64,000 bases of DNA from Chrysomallon squamiferum (lineage: Eukaryota > Animalia > Mollusca): assembly GCA_012295275.1 (NCBI GenBank), contig CM022679.1, forward strand, positions 5,208,001 to 5,272,000. Direction: 5' to 3'. The position numbers and the translations under genes are program-made. How positions within the stretch are numbered: position 1 is the first letter of the stretch; every line of letters begins with the position of its first letter. The notes below the pieces were generated by a model, which worked only from the letters and a program-made list of their open reading frames with translations, made no database searches and was not told the DNA's origin. Below, piece by piece: positions 39,400 to 53,135 of this stretch.

Positions 39400-39840
39400 A
39401 ACTGGATACAATTGTTAGTTTATGATGAACTGGATACAATTGTAAGTTTGTGTCGAACAGGATACATTTGCCGGTTTGTGTTGAACTGGAAACAAAAAAC
39501 TGGATACATTTGTCAGTTTGTTAGTTTTGTATGTGTTGAACTGGATACAATTGTCAGTTTGTGTTGAACTGGATACATTTGTCAGTTTGTGTTGAACTGG
39601 ATACATTTGTCAGTTTGTGTTGAACTGGATACAATTGTCAGTTTGTGTTGAACTGGATACATTTGTCAGTTTGTGTTGAACTGGATACAATTGTCAGTTT
39701 ATGTTGAACTGGATACATTTGTCAGTTTGTGTTGAACTGGATACATTTGTCAGTTTATGTTGAACTGGATACAATTGTAGTTTATGTTGAACTGGACATA
39801 TTTTTCAGTTTGTGCTGAACTGGATACATTTGTCAGTTTG
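39400..39840 (+). repeat. 28-bp minisatellite (~16 copies) just upstream of paralog 3
   Basis: Unit gtgttgaactggataca(t/a)ttgtcagttt, near-perfect head-to-tail copies. Confidence 0.92.
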
Positions 39841-39920
39841 TTCTGATCTACATACCGTTGTCATCTGCTGAACTGCATATATTTTGAGTGTGTAATGAAG
39901 TTTAACAATTTAATTTAGTC

Positions 39921-40961
39921 ATGTCAGGCTCTACTGTCAAACCCGAACTGTTCCCATCTTGTCCAGACTTTTCAGCGCAGCCTCTCTGCAGCGCAAGAAT
40001 TCTCTTTTGTTTTGGCATTCCCTTGTTGCCGCCCTCTGCCGTTCTCCTCGGCATCGCGTTTGGAAGTCAAACAGAATTTGGATTCTTCCACGTGACTGGT
40101 CTGATTCTGACCTCAGTGTCTTTCGCATGCATATTTTCAGCCATAATAATCTGCTGCTGGCACAAACACAAGAGACGAGTGAGACTCAAGTTCAGGCTGC
40201 TGGATTTTGAAAAGCAAGAAGAATGGAACAAAGAGAATGGCACGACCAAAACCAGTGGGAAAGCCAACTCTTTGTCGGTGAATCGAGTTGCACGAAAACC
40301 GGGTAACGGTATTTTAAACGACTCCATTCGTGGCACCAAAAAGCAAAGGAAAGACAAAACTCGGACGAACGGGTCGAAGCTTCCACCTCTGAAGGAAGAA
40401 GATCGAATCAGGGGAGAAGACCCTCCTCACGGAAAAACTCACACGAGGAGCAAGTCTGACGGAAAAGGGAAATTTTCTTCAGAAAAACAAAACCCTCTGT
40501 CACTCAATCTCTGTCAACAACACGAATACGACTATGGCCAGCTGTTCGGACCTCGTCGACACCTTAGGGGCAAAAGGTCGCTGCTGGACAACGACAGTTT
40601 CATTGACTACGACAGCGACAGCAGCAGTCAGACTACAACAACTGAAAAGGTTCGAAGGATAACGAAAGCAAAAAGAAAACAAAGGTTTGAGAGGGCCCTC
40701 AAAACTATTCCAGTGAGCAGCGGGAGAGAGAGTCAGTTCACTTTCAGACAAAGGCTTTTGAAACACATGGGGCTCCAGGTGAACGTTATTGGAACGGGAT
40801 TAAATGACGAATTTGCGTGGCCCGTGCAGGAAAGCTTGCGACGATCGAAGTCAATGTCTGACTGTGGAGACAGCGACAGGGAATCGCAGACGACGTTTTC
40901 AGAGTTTAGTTTTGACATAGACACACCGAGAGAAGATAAGTGTGTAAGATACAACAGGTAA
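39921..40961 (+). CDS. Two-TM hairpin membrane protein (paralog 3), first coding exon (346 aa unspliced; 398 aa spliced)
   Basis: TM1 ILFCFGIPLLPPSAVLLGIAF, TM2 FHVTGLILTSVSFACIFSAIIICCW, polybasic HKHKRRVRLK; the ORF stop lies inside the donor AG|gtaaat (exon end 40957). Confidence 0.85.
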   Translation: MSGSTVKPELFPSCPDFSAQPLCSARILFCFGIPLLPPSAVLLGIAFGSQTEFGFFHVTGLILTSVSFACIFSAIIICCWHKHKRRVRLKFRLLDFEKQEEWNKENGTTKTSGKANSLSVNRVARKPGNGILNDSIRGTKKQRKDKTRTNGSKLPPLKEEDRIRGEDPPHGKTHTRSKSDGKGKFSSEKQNPLSLNLCQQHEYDYGQLFGPRRHLRGKRSLLDNDSFIDYDSDSSSQTTTTEKVRRITKAKRKQRFERALKTIPVSSGRESQFTFRQRLLKHMGLQVNVIGTGLNDEFAWPVQESLRRSKSMSDCGDSDRESQTTFSEFSFDIDTPREDKCVRYNR

Positions 40962-41583
40962 ATTATATTTGATGAAATTGTCAGAGAGGATGGAAAAAAA
41001 AAAAAAAAAAAAATTGTGAATGAAAGTTTGCTTAATGACAAAGATAACTTTGCATCTTAAGTAGTCAAAACATAAATGATAAATAATTTTCTTCAGTCTC
41101 TTTCTTCAGTCTAGTTGAAAGGATTTTATTATATTTTTTAATTAATTGGGAACTATGCTATTTTAAATTAATAAACACATAAAGAAATAATAATAATAAT
41201 AATATTAATAATAATAATAATAATAATAAATAAAAAAATAAAAAAATAAAAAAATATTAAATAAATAAACAAACAAAGCAAAGACGAAGAAACCGAAATA
41301 GATATAAATACTAAATCCGGTTAAATCTCGCAGTTTGTTTTGGCACAGTTTCATAACCACGGATCTAATCTCGACTCTGTTACTTCTTTGTGAACACGTA
41401 AACAGAGCGGTATTAGGGAAACACAGCTATGTTTATTATTTCAGTCCACCGTCAGTTTTAGGTTATTAACGACTGTTTGCAAACAAATATCTTTATATTA
41501 GTGGTCAGTATGTATGTGTTTTTGTGTATGTGGATATGTATGTGTGTATGCAATTATGTATGTAGATGTCTCTCTCTCTCTCA

Positions 41584-41624
<41 letters not shown>

Positions 41625-41726
41625 TACATATACATATTTATTACTACTATATACAGAGAGAGATAAATAGATGGATACATAGACACATAGACAGACAAAT
41701 AAATAGACTGACAGAAAAACAGCTAG

Positions 41727-41763
<37 letters not shown>

Positions 41764-41852
41764 ATGTTGCAAATTTTATTAACAATATCTAGCTTCAAAT
41801 AAAATGACGTAATATGACAGATGATTTTTTTTTTTTTCTCTTTTGTTTCCAG

Positions 41853-42012
41853 GGCAACACCCGTAGCATGGAGAATCGCCAAGGAAACTGTGAGAAACAC
41901 GTCAAAGAAAACGAGAAACAGCGAGACTATCGTTAGACCGATACTCATTTCCTCCTCGCATCAAAAATCAGGTGTACGGACTGCCGTTACAAAATTACCT
42001 CACGTGACTTGA
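41853..42012 (+). CDS. Second coding exon of paralog 3
   Basis: Long polypyrimidine tract + ttccag| at 41852; phase 2 matches the donor at 40957; ATPVAWRIAKETVRN...KLPHVT*. Confidence 0.7.
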
Positions 42013-44821
42013 TGACGTAACGTTTATGAACTTCATTTATTCATTTATCCACGCCTACCGAGTTACACAACCGGATAATACGAACATGACGACTTATACA
42101 ATGGAATATTATTAACAAAAGAACAAACTTGAATGAAAATTCTCAGGATGGTAAAGAAAAATAAATAATGATAGATGTTATGAAACTCCAAACTGTGCAA
42201 AATATACTTTACACATGCTGTTCTGGTATTTCTACAGTAAAATCCAACAAAGTGAAAATCTAAACGTTCATTGATTTATATATATATATATATCGATGAA
42301 AATAAAACAAAACATTAAACTGAGAAGTGGGAATTTGTTTCTTTAGTAACCCAGCTATCATTGGTGATGGGCTCTATAGAACTACGTGTCATTACAACAG
42401 TTCAGAGAACATTTCAAATATATGAGAATATTTGTATTTGGATAAACCTTTGTAATCATTTCAAGTCACGAACAGTTTCATATAAGACCGCTTGTTACTG
42501 TTTTAGCTTTAGTAACACAAGAGAAATGAGAGAGATATAACAAATGAATAGTAATAGTGCATTAATTAGCTTTATGTTTGTTTCACAAATATTAAAAGGT
42601 TGAGATGTTTAGTATGTGGAATTCTTGAATAATTTCTCTATTGTAATGTTACGGATTATTCTAACAAGAAAAGAAAAATAATTACTTTTCATTAAGTATT
42701 CTTATCTTCTTTAATTCGCTAAGAATAAATCTCACAATATCTCATCTCTAACACACTAACCTCCTAACATATCAACATTCTATCATGCATTCACTCACAA
42801 TCTCTAGGTAAATAACCCAGGCTTGTGAAGTGATTCCACATAGATGATCATTTTATATATTGTGATTTTCACAGATATGTTTGAATGTCAAGATATAAGA
42901 CACGTTTTTAACATAAGGGGTTTTACTGGAGTATGTATATTTTAGTTAAATGGTCTACGATGTATATCAACTTTTGATGATGATAACGTATGGCAACAAT
43001 AAAACTAACTATTCGTTTAAAATACATCGAGTTAGCCTGTTTCAGTTCTTAATAATTCATTTTTATATCAGTTCGATTGTTAAGGAATTCCTTGACAAAC
43101 TGAGGACATTGAAACTTTTTATAGTATCTATAATCTTGTGTGTGTGTGTGTGTGTGTGTAAAACACACACACACACACACACACACAGTAATAAAGTAAT
43201 AAAAAGCAACAACAACAAAATATTGTTCAGTTTCTAACCAACCCACATTATCATAACAAAGCATGACCTGACTGTCAGACCTTGTTACTATGGTCGTCAG
43301 TAAAAAGTGTTTTATATTTCATAACCGTCATCACACACATATCGATTTCTTTTATCAGAAATCGCCGAGATTCCCGCTGGACCACAACGATTTCCTGCCT
43401 GTTCATAAACAACATACTGGGTCTACACACACAAGCACTCAACAGAGAATCAATGGTCGTTAAAGTTTGGACGATGATTCTGCAATTTTTGCGTTCTGAA
43501 ATTGGTTAATGTGTTGGGTTTTTTGTTGGTTTTTTGTTGGGGTTTTCTTCCAGAGCAATAGAAGAAAAGTATATTAAACTGGGTTTTTCTTTTTCCCCAA
43601 AGCAACATTCAAAAAGCGTATTCAAGTATTTTTAAAATCAATGCGCGGGATCCCCAGAAAGCAACAAGGGACACTATTTTTGATTTATGGTGTCTTGGAA
43701 AATGAATCTAAAGAAAAACCCGATGGAAGTGTCGGAGAAACTGTGAAAAGAGGACTGTAAAGGATAATGTTGTAAAGTGAAAGTTTACGATCAAGATGAT
43801 AAATTATTCAGATGCTTCATGAATAATTTGTGTATGTTGGTTACGTTTGGTTTGAACATGACTGGAATCGTGTTGTAACGTGGAAAAGGTGAGTTCTTTT
43901 CTTGTCTTTATTTTTAAATAATTTATTGTCCAGCACAAACTATAATAAACATATTTAAACATCTGTAATGTAAAAAACAAGTGTATTTAAATGCGTGTAA
44001 AGTAAAATCAAATATCATGATAATAAAGTAGAAATGGATTGAAATGGTAATATTGTCTGGAGAATAGAAAGGTTTGCCATAAATAAAAGAGCAGATGTGG
44101 TAACACTACTAGTAATTAAGCAGTAGAATTTTGTAGTAGAAGTAGTAATAGTAATAGTAGCAGTAGCAGTAGTAGCAATGGTAGTAATGGTAGAAGTAGT
44201 AGCAAAAGTACTAACAATTACAACAACAGTAATAATAACAGTGATGGTAATTCTAGTGTTAATAGTTGTTGTTATGAAATAGATATAGGAACAGCGGCAG
44301 AAGCAGTATGCGGTGTAGTTGCTGTTGTTGGTAATTGTTATATAATATTAGTGTTAGTAGCAGTAGTAGTAAGAGTGATCCTAGTGGTAGAGGTGGTGAC
44401 AGTAGATATAAATCAGCAACAGCAGAAGTAGGTGTGGTATAATTGCTATAATAATAGTAATAGCAGTGGCTGCGGTAGTAGCAGTAGCAGTTGTGGTAGT
44501 AGTTTACTTAGAACCAACGTGCTATGCTTATGTTTAAACATACATATTCTGATCCATAGAGACTGTGAACGTTTGAGTATGCATAATAATTAATATGTAT
44601 TTATCTTTTTAATGTTTGTGAGCATGCTAACGTGTATTTTCATGAGTGAATGTGTGTGTATGTAGATATATAGAGAAGTATTGATTTTCCTTAAGAGTCT
44701 CTTTCTGACACATTTCTCGGTCTTATTACTGCTAATGTTATGCTAAAAGTACATTTTATGTCAGAATAATTACTGATATCGGTGTTGACATTTTCATTAA
44801 AACAATGCCGAGCCTTGCGTG

Positions 44822-45019
44822 GTCACGTGACATATCGGTCACAAAAAAATTATTTCTACCAGCACTTGTCAAAGTCTGTAGATGCATCATACCCAGTACT
44901 TACCATACTTAGGACCACGAACAGATGTGTGTATATTCACAGTACACCTGTAGATAGCGTTATATACATGTATGTTTAAGTATTATTACTATCGGGGGGG
45001 GGGGTCACGTGACCACGTG
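44822..45019. promoter_or_regulatory. Cluster of palindromic E-boxes (GTCACGTGAC x2 plus CACGTG)
   Basis: GTCACGTGAC at 44822-44831 and 45004-45013; CACGTG at 45014-45019. Confidence 0.45.
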
Positions 45020-46841
45020 CCACATGTCGCAGTAATTTTTGCAGCGACAAAAGCGCATGTCACTTTAATGTAATCAAACTACACTAACAGCTTTGTTTAT
45101 CGATTTCGTTTAGTTTCCACGGTTAGTTTTATAAATACATCGATTTTCTTGTCAAACAGTCCAGGTATTGCATTTCTGTTGTGTTTTTTTTTTCTGTTTT
45201 AACACCGGCGATGTTTTATTGTGTCTCTCCAGAGAGAAATAAATAAAAGGACACACGACAAACTGCAGACAGTAGAGACGTGAATCCAGAGTCTAGTGAA
45301 AACGATGACGTTAGACAAACGTCTGGGATACGTCAATAACCGGGGAGATTAACGCAGCGATGCTGGTCAGTGAAAACTGATTCGATTTGAACCGGCGATT
45401 TGTGATGAGCGGACATCTGTTTCATCGTTAACAACAGAGCAGTTAAGAGACAGAACGCGGAAACTGCGCTGAATAGAAACCTCGCGCAAGGCTAAAGCAA
45501 GGATTTCAGGTTTTGTTATACACAAAAAGTGGAAATATAAAATAATAAAAAGAGAAGAACGATAAGTAATCAGTTTACAGATAAATATGTTTAGACTGGC
45601 ACGAGCGAGACAAGCAGAGTGACGTAACGGTGATAAAAAATAAACTGATTCTAGAATTCTAGGATTTTAGATTCTGATGTATGTTAGAGGTGGGAAAATA
45701 ATAAAAAGACAAGATGATAACTCATATGGTTACAAATAAATATGTTTAGATCAACACAGGAGACATAAGAGTATCAGAACTGTAATAGAAATTTGATAGA
45801 AAACTGATTCTAGTTGAAAACAAGGATCTCGGATTTTGAAACATCGGAGATTTAGGGAATTAAAAGGATTAGAAGTAACAGACAGATTAAAACAAGAAAC
45901 TGTGACTAGATTATTGGATTTAGATTAAAAGTGAACAAAGCAATAAAATTACAGTCTCTAGCAGAAAACTGTTTCTAGTTTAAAACAAGGATTTAAAATT
46001 TTGTTATAGTGGAGAAGATAATTAATAAATAACGAAAAGATCCATAGACAGAGATATGTGATTGAAAGAGAAATGTTTTTAGATTGACACAAACACATTG
46101 TTGTTAACAGGCTGGAGTATTGTTGATTGTATCTGAGGCTGGGGTTTTTTAAAAGAAAGTGTGTAGTCCAAGTTCATCACACAAAAGAATAGTAAAAATA
46201 AAACAAAAACAAACGAAACGAAAGAGAATACGTAACTCGGGAATTTCTTGTGTTATTCAGCCGTAAAGAAGAAACGCTTTAACAAAGGCAAAGAGACGAA
46301 CGAACGTTAAAGAAAACAAAAAAACAAAAATAATAATAGAATTAAAACAGACAGGCATATTCTTGTTCATCGCATGGGAATTTTCCCCGTTCGATTTACA
46401 GAAATAAATAAATAAATAAAAACGCAATAAATCGAAAGAGGACACCATGACTGGCTGTTGAAGTGAGTGCCTATTTCTGTTCAAGACAAATAACAAACAA
46501 AGACACAAAACACGAAGAAAGTGCAAACGGAAATCTAGATTTAAAAGGAAGCAAAGCTAGACTATTATACTGCAAGAAAAAAGAAACAAACAAGAAATGG
46601 TCAGAGATGTGAAGAGTGCACAAACATACCGCTAGGTTCACTGTTGTTCTAGAGAATGTTGAACTAAAGAAAAGTAAGTAAGTAAGTAAATAATAATAAT
46701 AATAGTAAAATCACACAAAACAAATTAAAGTTGCTTCACGAACACGAAACTTTTCTTAACAGCACCGCATTTTTAAAATTATATTATTTAAAAAAGAACA
46801 CACACACACACACACACACACACAAAACCTATTATATTATA

Positions 46842-46876
<35 letters not shown>

Positions 46877-48090
46877 CCTATTATATTAAAAAAAAAAAAA
46901 AAAAAAAATAGGAGTAAGCAAAAAAGTAAGTAAGAGGGTAAATATATAGATGGATCATGGATGGATAAATATAGAAAGATAAACAGACAGAGAGGCAGAA
47001 AAGGAGATAGATAGTTAGGAAGATAGAGAGACCGTTATACAGATAGAGAGAAACAAATGGATAAATATTTAATAAATAATTAGATAAATTGGTATATGAT
47101 AGCCAGATAGACAGATGGATATACATAGAAATACTGACAGACAGATAGCTAAATAGACAAAAGTATTCATATTTTACAAATAATTAAATAGATAAAAAGA
47201 AACAAACAGGCATGTCAAAACACATCAAATGTCTTCAGTTTATAACTGACAGTAATAGTAATAATAATAGTAATAGTAATACTGCATTCAGTGAACCCGG
47301 CCATTTTTCTCATCACAACCGTATTTCATATTTTTATTTTGTTTTTATTGGGTTCTTTTTATTGGTTATTTATTTATTTATTTAATTTAATTTATTTTTA
47401 TTTTATTTTATTTAATTTTATTTAATTTTATTTATTTTATTTTTATTTTTTTATTTTTTTATTTTTTTAAATTATTTTTTTAATTATATATTTACTTTAT
47501 TTCACTTAATATTATTTTAAAGGTGAACATATTTCTCTTTATATGCTATCAAATAAACAATAAAAAGCACTACAAACACACTATAGCCCGACTACTTTGT
47601 AATGACTACTCGAGCAAATTGAGACAGAACTGGATAATACACAGAATGACAGACTAGAATCACAGTTAGGGATTATAAAGTAACTGTTTACTCGGACACT
47701 TCATATAGTCAGGCTCTTGGGAAACCAGAGAAATAATTGCATATCGATGTAGTGAGAGAATAAAAATATATCTGTGGTTGAACCTATCGCTTAGAAATTT
47801 TGGACAGAACAAAAAGCAAGCATATTGAATATGGTGTTTATAAAAGAGGAAAGATTTGATGAATTTAGAGTAATAGGTATACTTAACATTGGTGGCATAC
47901 CATGATAATAGCTGTGTACTGGTATAGAAGTAAGGTTATGGTTTGATAAAGTGGAGTAAAGGTTAATTTCATAGCTAATAATTATTGTTGTTGATAAGAC
48001 GAAGCAAAACTGGACGCAAAATTAGGACAAAGGTTTTAGCGAGTTGAATAATATTATATTGTTTTAATAATAATAATAATAATAATAATA

Positions 48091-48124
<34 letters not shown>

Positions 48125-48818
48125 GGTCAGTAATAACAGTAAATAATAATAATCACGATAATTGTAAATAACATTGGCAGTAATACAAATAGAACAACAA
48201 CAACTTTAACAAGAACAATAATAACAACGGCAACAACAACAACACCAGATGCCAAATAGCACCTAACATTTAGTTTATATAATAAGAGAAGCTTGATGAA
48301 AGGAGTGTCATAATTGCTACAGTTTAGAAGTTGAGGGATTTTGAAAAATGTGTTGTTTAGCAAAAAGTAACAATGAAGTTAACTGAGTATGCGATTCATG
48401 AAACCAGAGAACTCCTAGTGAACTTATTTTTAATAATAATAGTAGTGCAAGACTTTAAAACTGTATTAATAAATTATATATATAAAAAAAATAAAATAAA
48501 TGATGAATGAGTATAATGTGTGTTTGATGACAGAGAAACAGATTAAAAGTTTACCCGAGTTGAATATGTAGCTTAGACTAAAAAATAAAATAAAAATAAA
48601 TAAAAATATAATTAATAACATTTTCATTTTTTTCGTTAAATTCAGTGAATTATAAATACAGTTTATGATGAAAGATGTATTTTAAGTAGCACTGCCAGTG
48701 ACGAAGCATATTTTAGACAATGAAATAAAAAAAATATAATAAAAATAAATAAATAAATAAATAAATAAAAATATAATTAATTAAATAAATTAATAAAAGT
48801 AAATAAAAAAAAAAAAAA

Positions 48819-48857
<39 letters not shown>

Positions 48858-48949
48858 AAATAAAATAAAATAAAATAAAACAAAAAAACATAAATAAAAA
48901 TATGAAATACGATTTTGATGAGAAAAATGACCCGGTGAACTGAATGCAA

Positions 48950-49040
<91 letters not shown>

Positions 49041-49454
49041 ACTGTCAGTAATAAACTGAAGATACAACTGATTAAATATGCAATATACAATGGTACAGTT
49101 ACTACGCGACTGGAATAATAACATAACTGAAAATACACTTTTAATCAAGGTGGACATAATAACATACCACTGTGCAGACCAGCTGATTATCCAGTTTATA
49201 AATAGACCACTGATTAACAGTCAGATTATAGGACAAAATAGTCGAATTGAACATATGCCAGGGAAAATGACGTAAGCGAGTATAATGTTTCTAATGAAGT
49301 AAGATTTGAATAGTTTATTCTGACAACAAAATAAACTGATAAAATATTTAATAATGGTACATGACAGAATGTTTTGAATTATCTGTATAATACATAACAA
49401 GTGAATAATAAGAACGAAGGAGAATAAGAGAACTGAATAATTAGTACATTTAAG

Positions 49455-49486
<32 letters not shown>

Positions 49487-49673
49487 ACATGTATTTGTAA
49501 ATTGGAAATACAGAACAAAATATATCGAAGACTATCTAAGTAAATTTAAAAAAATGTATAAAAGACTAGCAAATCAAATTATGCTTAGAAGGCAAAAAAA
49601 AAAAAAAAAATAAATTAAATAAAAAAATTAAAATAAATAAATAAATAAATAAGTAAATAAATAAATAAATAAT

Positions 49674-49746
<73 letters not shown>

Positions 49747-50301
49747 TAAAAATGGAAATAAGTATTTTCTGGAAGAAGACAGCAATTTGTCGCTGTCTGA
49801 CTACTGGTTACAGAACGTACATTCAGAGGACATTTGGTTACATAACACATCGCCTGAGAAATTATTCTGACAGGGAATAAGAAAAAAAGATTTTATCGCT
49901 GTTCGTTTTGAATAATTTGTTCTCTTGGGGTGTAAACCGTGGATTTATTGCTTATGGGTGTTCTTTCAGAAAGAATGATTTTAACTATATTCAACTGTGT
50001 TAAAATATTGACGGGCGAAGAAAATATGTCAGTTAATATATGTATGTATGTATGTAAGTATGTATGTGTTTGATATCTGTGTATGTATGTATGAATTTGT
50101 ACGTTTGTATGTATGTAAATATGTGTAATAAAAACTTCAGATAAAATAAAACAAAACCATTTAAAAAAAAAAAAAATCCTACCTTAATAAGTAAATAAGC
50201 AATTAATGTTAGCTAAGAGTATTTACATTTTCTGATCGATATATGCATGACTTGAATAGTATACAGCATATAGTAACATACTGTGTTACATTATATAGGC
50301 C

Positions 50302-50451
50302 TATAAATATGGCCCATATGATTCATCACAGTGAATAATGCACTTGATCCACTTAGATTAACAGGGATTATTATAACAAAAAATCGGATAGACAGACATT
50401 GTGATGTAGCATGACACACAGATATCGCCAAGATAGTGATATCTGCTCTAG
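50302..50451 (+). promoter_or_regulatory. TATA box and non-coding first exon of paralog 4
   Basis: TATAAATA at 50302-50309; canonical donor ctag|gtaagt at 50452; acceptor tctgtttcag| at 50950, 4 nt before the ATG. Confidence 0.5.
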
Positions 50452-50889
50452 GTAAGTAACACATGTGTCCAGGGGCAGATCCATTATTTCAGAAAGGTTG
50501 TTAGGTATAAATTACACGATAGTTCTATAAGAAATATTTGTTATAGTAACTGAACTCTTTTTTAGCAGAAGTTATAACATTGTATTTAGGAATAGGCTTC
50601 ATTTTCTGTTTCTTCAGTTTTAGTTTTATTCAATTTTTTTTCTTTTTTAAATTTTCATTATCATCATCAGCAGCAGCATTAGTAGCAGCAGCAGCAGCAT
50701 CAGCAGCATTAGTAGCAGTAGCAGCAGTAGCAGCAGCAGCAACGACAGGAGAAACAATAATTTCATAATTTTATAATTTAATTTAATTGTCATCAATGTT
50801 TCTTTTACTTCGTTTGTTCTCTTTTTGCTAATACTTTCCTGACTCTATATTACTTTCTTCTTCTTCTTCTTTTTCTTCTTCTTCTTCTT

Positions 50890-50920
<31 letters not shown>

Positions 50921-50954
50921 ACCCTGCTAACAGTATCGCCTCTGTTTCAGAACG

Positions 50955-51476
50955 ATGCAGTTTCTATGGAAGAATTGTCGTCACGAAATCTGGGCTTGCA
51001 CTGCTCTGGCGGGAATCATCAGTTTCCACGTGGGAATTGTCGTTGGCGTCTTCGCCTTCAAGGACATCGCAGGCAGCAAAGCCGACTCCACCGTCGTCAG
51101 GTACGTCGGCGTCCTCATCGCCCTAGGCGGCGTCGCACTGATCGTAGCGTCGGGCTTCCTCTACCGACGTCATCGCAGACATCTGCAGCCTTGTTTTTGC
51201 TGCGGAGAGAAATCGGACGCTGTCGGGTTTTCTCTGCCGCCGTTCAGACGTCTGAGGTTTGCTCCGAATCTGGTGTCGCCGTACTACATCCAGGCCGTGA
51301 TGTCGGACAAGGAGAGGAAGCTGTCGACGGGAGCGAGTGACAGCAAACAAAGGATGTTTGAAATGAACGCTAAAAACTTTCAGAGCACGGTGAGCAGCTC
51401 AGAGTCCCTGTACTACGCGGACACCGCGAATCAAAGCTCGCAGTTCAGAAAAGATCTCCGAAAAACGCCATGTTGA
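50955..51476 (+). CDS. Two-TM hairpin membrane protein (paralog 4), 173 aa
   Basis: TM1 IWACTALAGIISFHVGIVVGVFAF, TM2 VGVLIALGGVALIVASGFLY, then RRHRRH and PCFCC; GC-rich island. Confidence 0.85.
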   Translation: MQFLWKNCRHEIWACTALAGIISFHVGIVVGVFAFKDIAGSKADSTVVRYVGVLIALGGVALIVASGFLYRRHRRHLQPCFCCGEKSDAVGFSLPPFRRLRFAPNLVSPYYIQAVMSDKERKLSTGASDSKQRMFEMNAKNFQSTVSSSESLYYADTANQSSQFRKDLRKTPC

Positions 51477-51725
51477 ATGATGCCTTGTACATAGATATAA
51501 TCGTGTTGTGTAGTATAGGTTATATTATATGTGTAGTAAGTTAGATGTAGTTCGATATCTCAGCAGATATGTTAAATAGTCAGAGGAAGATGACAATTAT
51601 TCATATATACATGTTGAATTATACCTTGTACATAGATATAATCGTGTTGTGTATTATATGTATATAATATGAATAGTAGTTAGATGTAGTTCAATTTCTC
51701 AGTAGATAAGTTAAATGGTCAGAGG
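51469..51725 (+). repeat. ~117-bp imperfect direct duplication starting at the paralog-4 stop codon (offset 141 bp)
   Basis: catgttgaat.at.ccttgtacatagatataatcgtgttgtgta...gttagatgtagttc.at.tctcag.agata.gttaaat.gtcagagg at 51469 and 51610. Confidence 0.85.
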
Positions 51726-52906
51726 CAGACTCACATTATACATATATAATTCTATGTGTGTATGTGTTTCTCTCTCTCTCTCTCTCTCTCTCTGTATGTG
51801 TGTGTGTGTGTCTGTTTGTGTATGAAAGGCAAGATAGTCACAGAAAAACAAAGAAAGAGAGAGACGGAGAAATAGAGTGAGAGAGGGATAAAGAGAAGAG
51901 GAAGACAAAGAGAGACATAATACTTATATTATAAATATAGATTTATCTTATATTTAATATAGATAGTTATATCGTGTATATTTTACGTATCTTTTAAATT
52001 CCATAATTAGATATATACTTGTTAGATTTATTAGTTACAGATATTTCACTGACAAATTGTTATCAAAATATTATTATTATAGCGAGAAACAAAAAAGCCA
52101 TGGAACTATTTATACCACTTGAAATATTTCTTATCTGCTTTGTTTGCAGTTAATACATTTTATCGAAGTTACATTTTTAATATAATTTTTATTTCAAAAA
52201 TAAACAATCTGTTGTTAAGTAAAAGTTATTTTCTTCTTCTAATGCAAGGTAGTCATAAAGTTCATTTCTTGATTACTTGATAGGATTTCGGAACCAGTGA
52301 ATGATTAACTTTCTTGTTTACACACACACAAACACACACACACAAGACACACACACACACACACACATACACACAACACACACACACACACACACACACA
52401 TACAAATACACAGACACAGAGAGATAGAGAGTGTATGTATAGACAGACAGATAGTATATACACATACACACAAACACACACAAACACACATGCACACACA
52501 TATACACACATGACCCTGCAGGAAACATGGAAATACAAGTAAATTTAAAGAAACAGGTTCACATAATTATATTGATCGTGTTTTTAAATATCAGCGACAA
52601 TGCAAATTAACTTCAACAGCACTCACATAACGTTTGTAGTCAACCAGTTAAAACGCATAAATTCCGCCATAAAACATTGAAATGTATCTTTACAGAGCAT
52701 AAATTATTTCTGAATAATATCTACACACACAACGTAAAACAGTCGAGTTAATGTTAATATACATTTATATACGCAACACCTGCGGCAGTTAGTGTAAACA
52801 AAGTTAATTTCATATAAAACATTTTAATATTAATACACGACATAAACACACAGAAAGACGCACAGACGGGTTTGTTTATATATATATATATACATGCATA
52901 TATGTA

Positions 52907-53135
52907 CAGTGTGGCCCAAACGTAGGTTTACAGTTATTAAACTATCGTTTATATGCTTGAAGTTACTTTGCTAAGTACAATTAACATAAAATATTCTTCG
53001 GATCTAAGTTGGATTTACACTTTTTCCTTGCTACTTGCAATTTATTTCATTTTTGTAAAGCTAACTTTTCATTTTACGATTTTGTCAAATAAATTGCCTA
53101 CGTAATAACTGTAAACCTACTTTTGGGCCACCCTG
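52907..53135. mobile_element. Tc1/mariner-type MITE, 229 bp
   Basis: 33-bp terminal inverted repeats CAG(T/G)GTGGCCCAAA(C/A)GTAGGTTTACAGTTATTA (2 mismatches), flanked by TA on both sides; no coding capacity. Confidence 0.85.

Noticed and set aside
39400-39840. 28-bp repeat array as a CRISPR array
   Set aside because: Units are head-to-tail without unique spacers, there are no cas genes, and the context is eukaryotic
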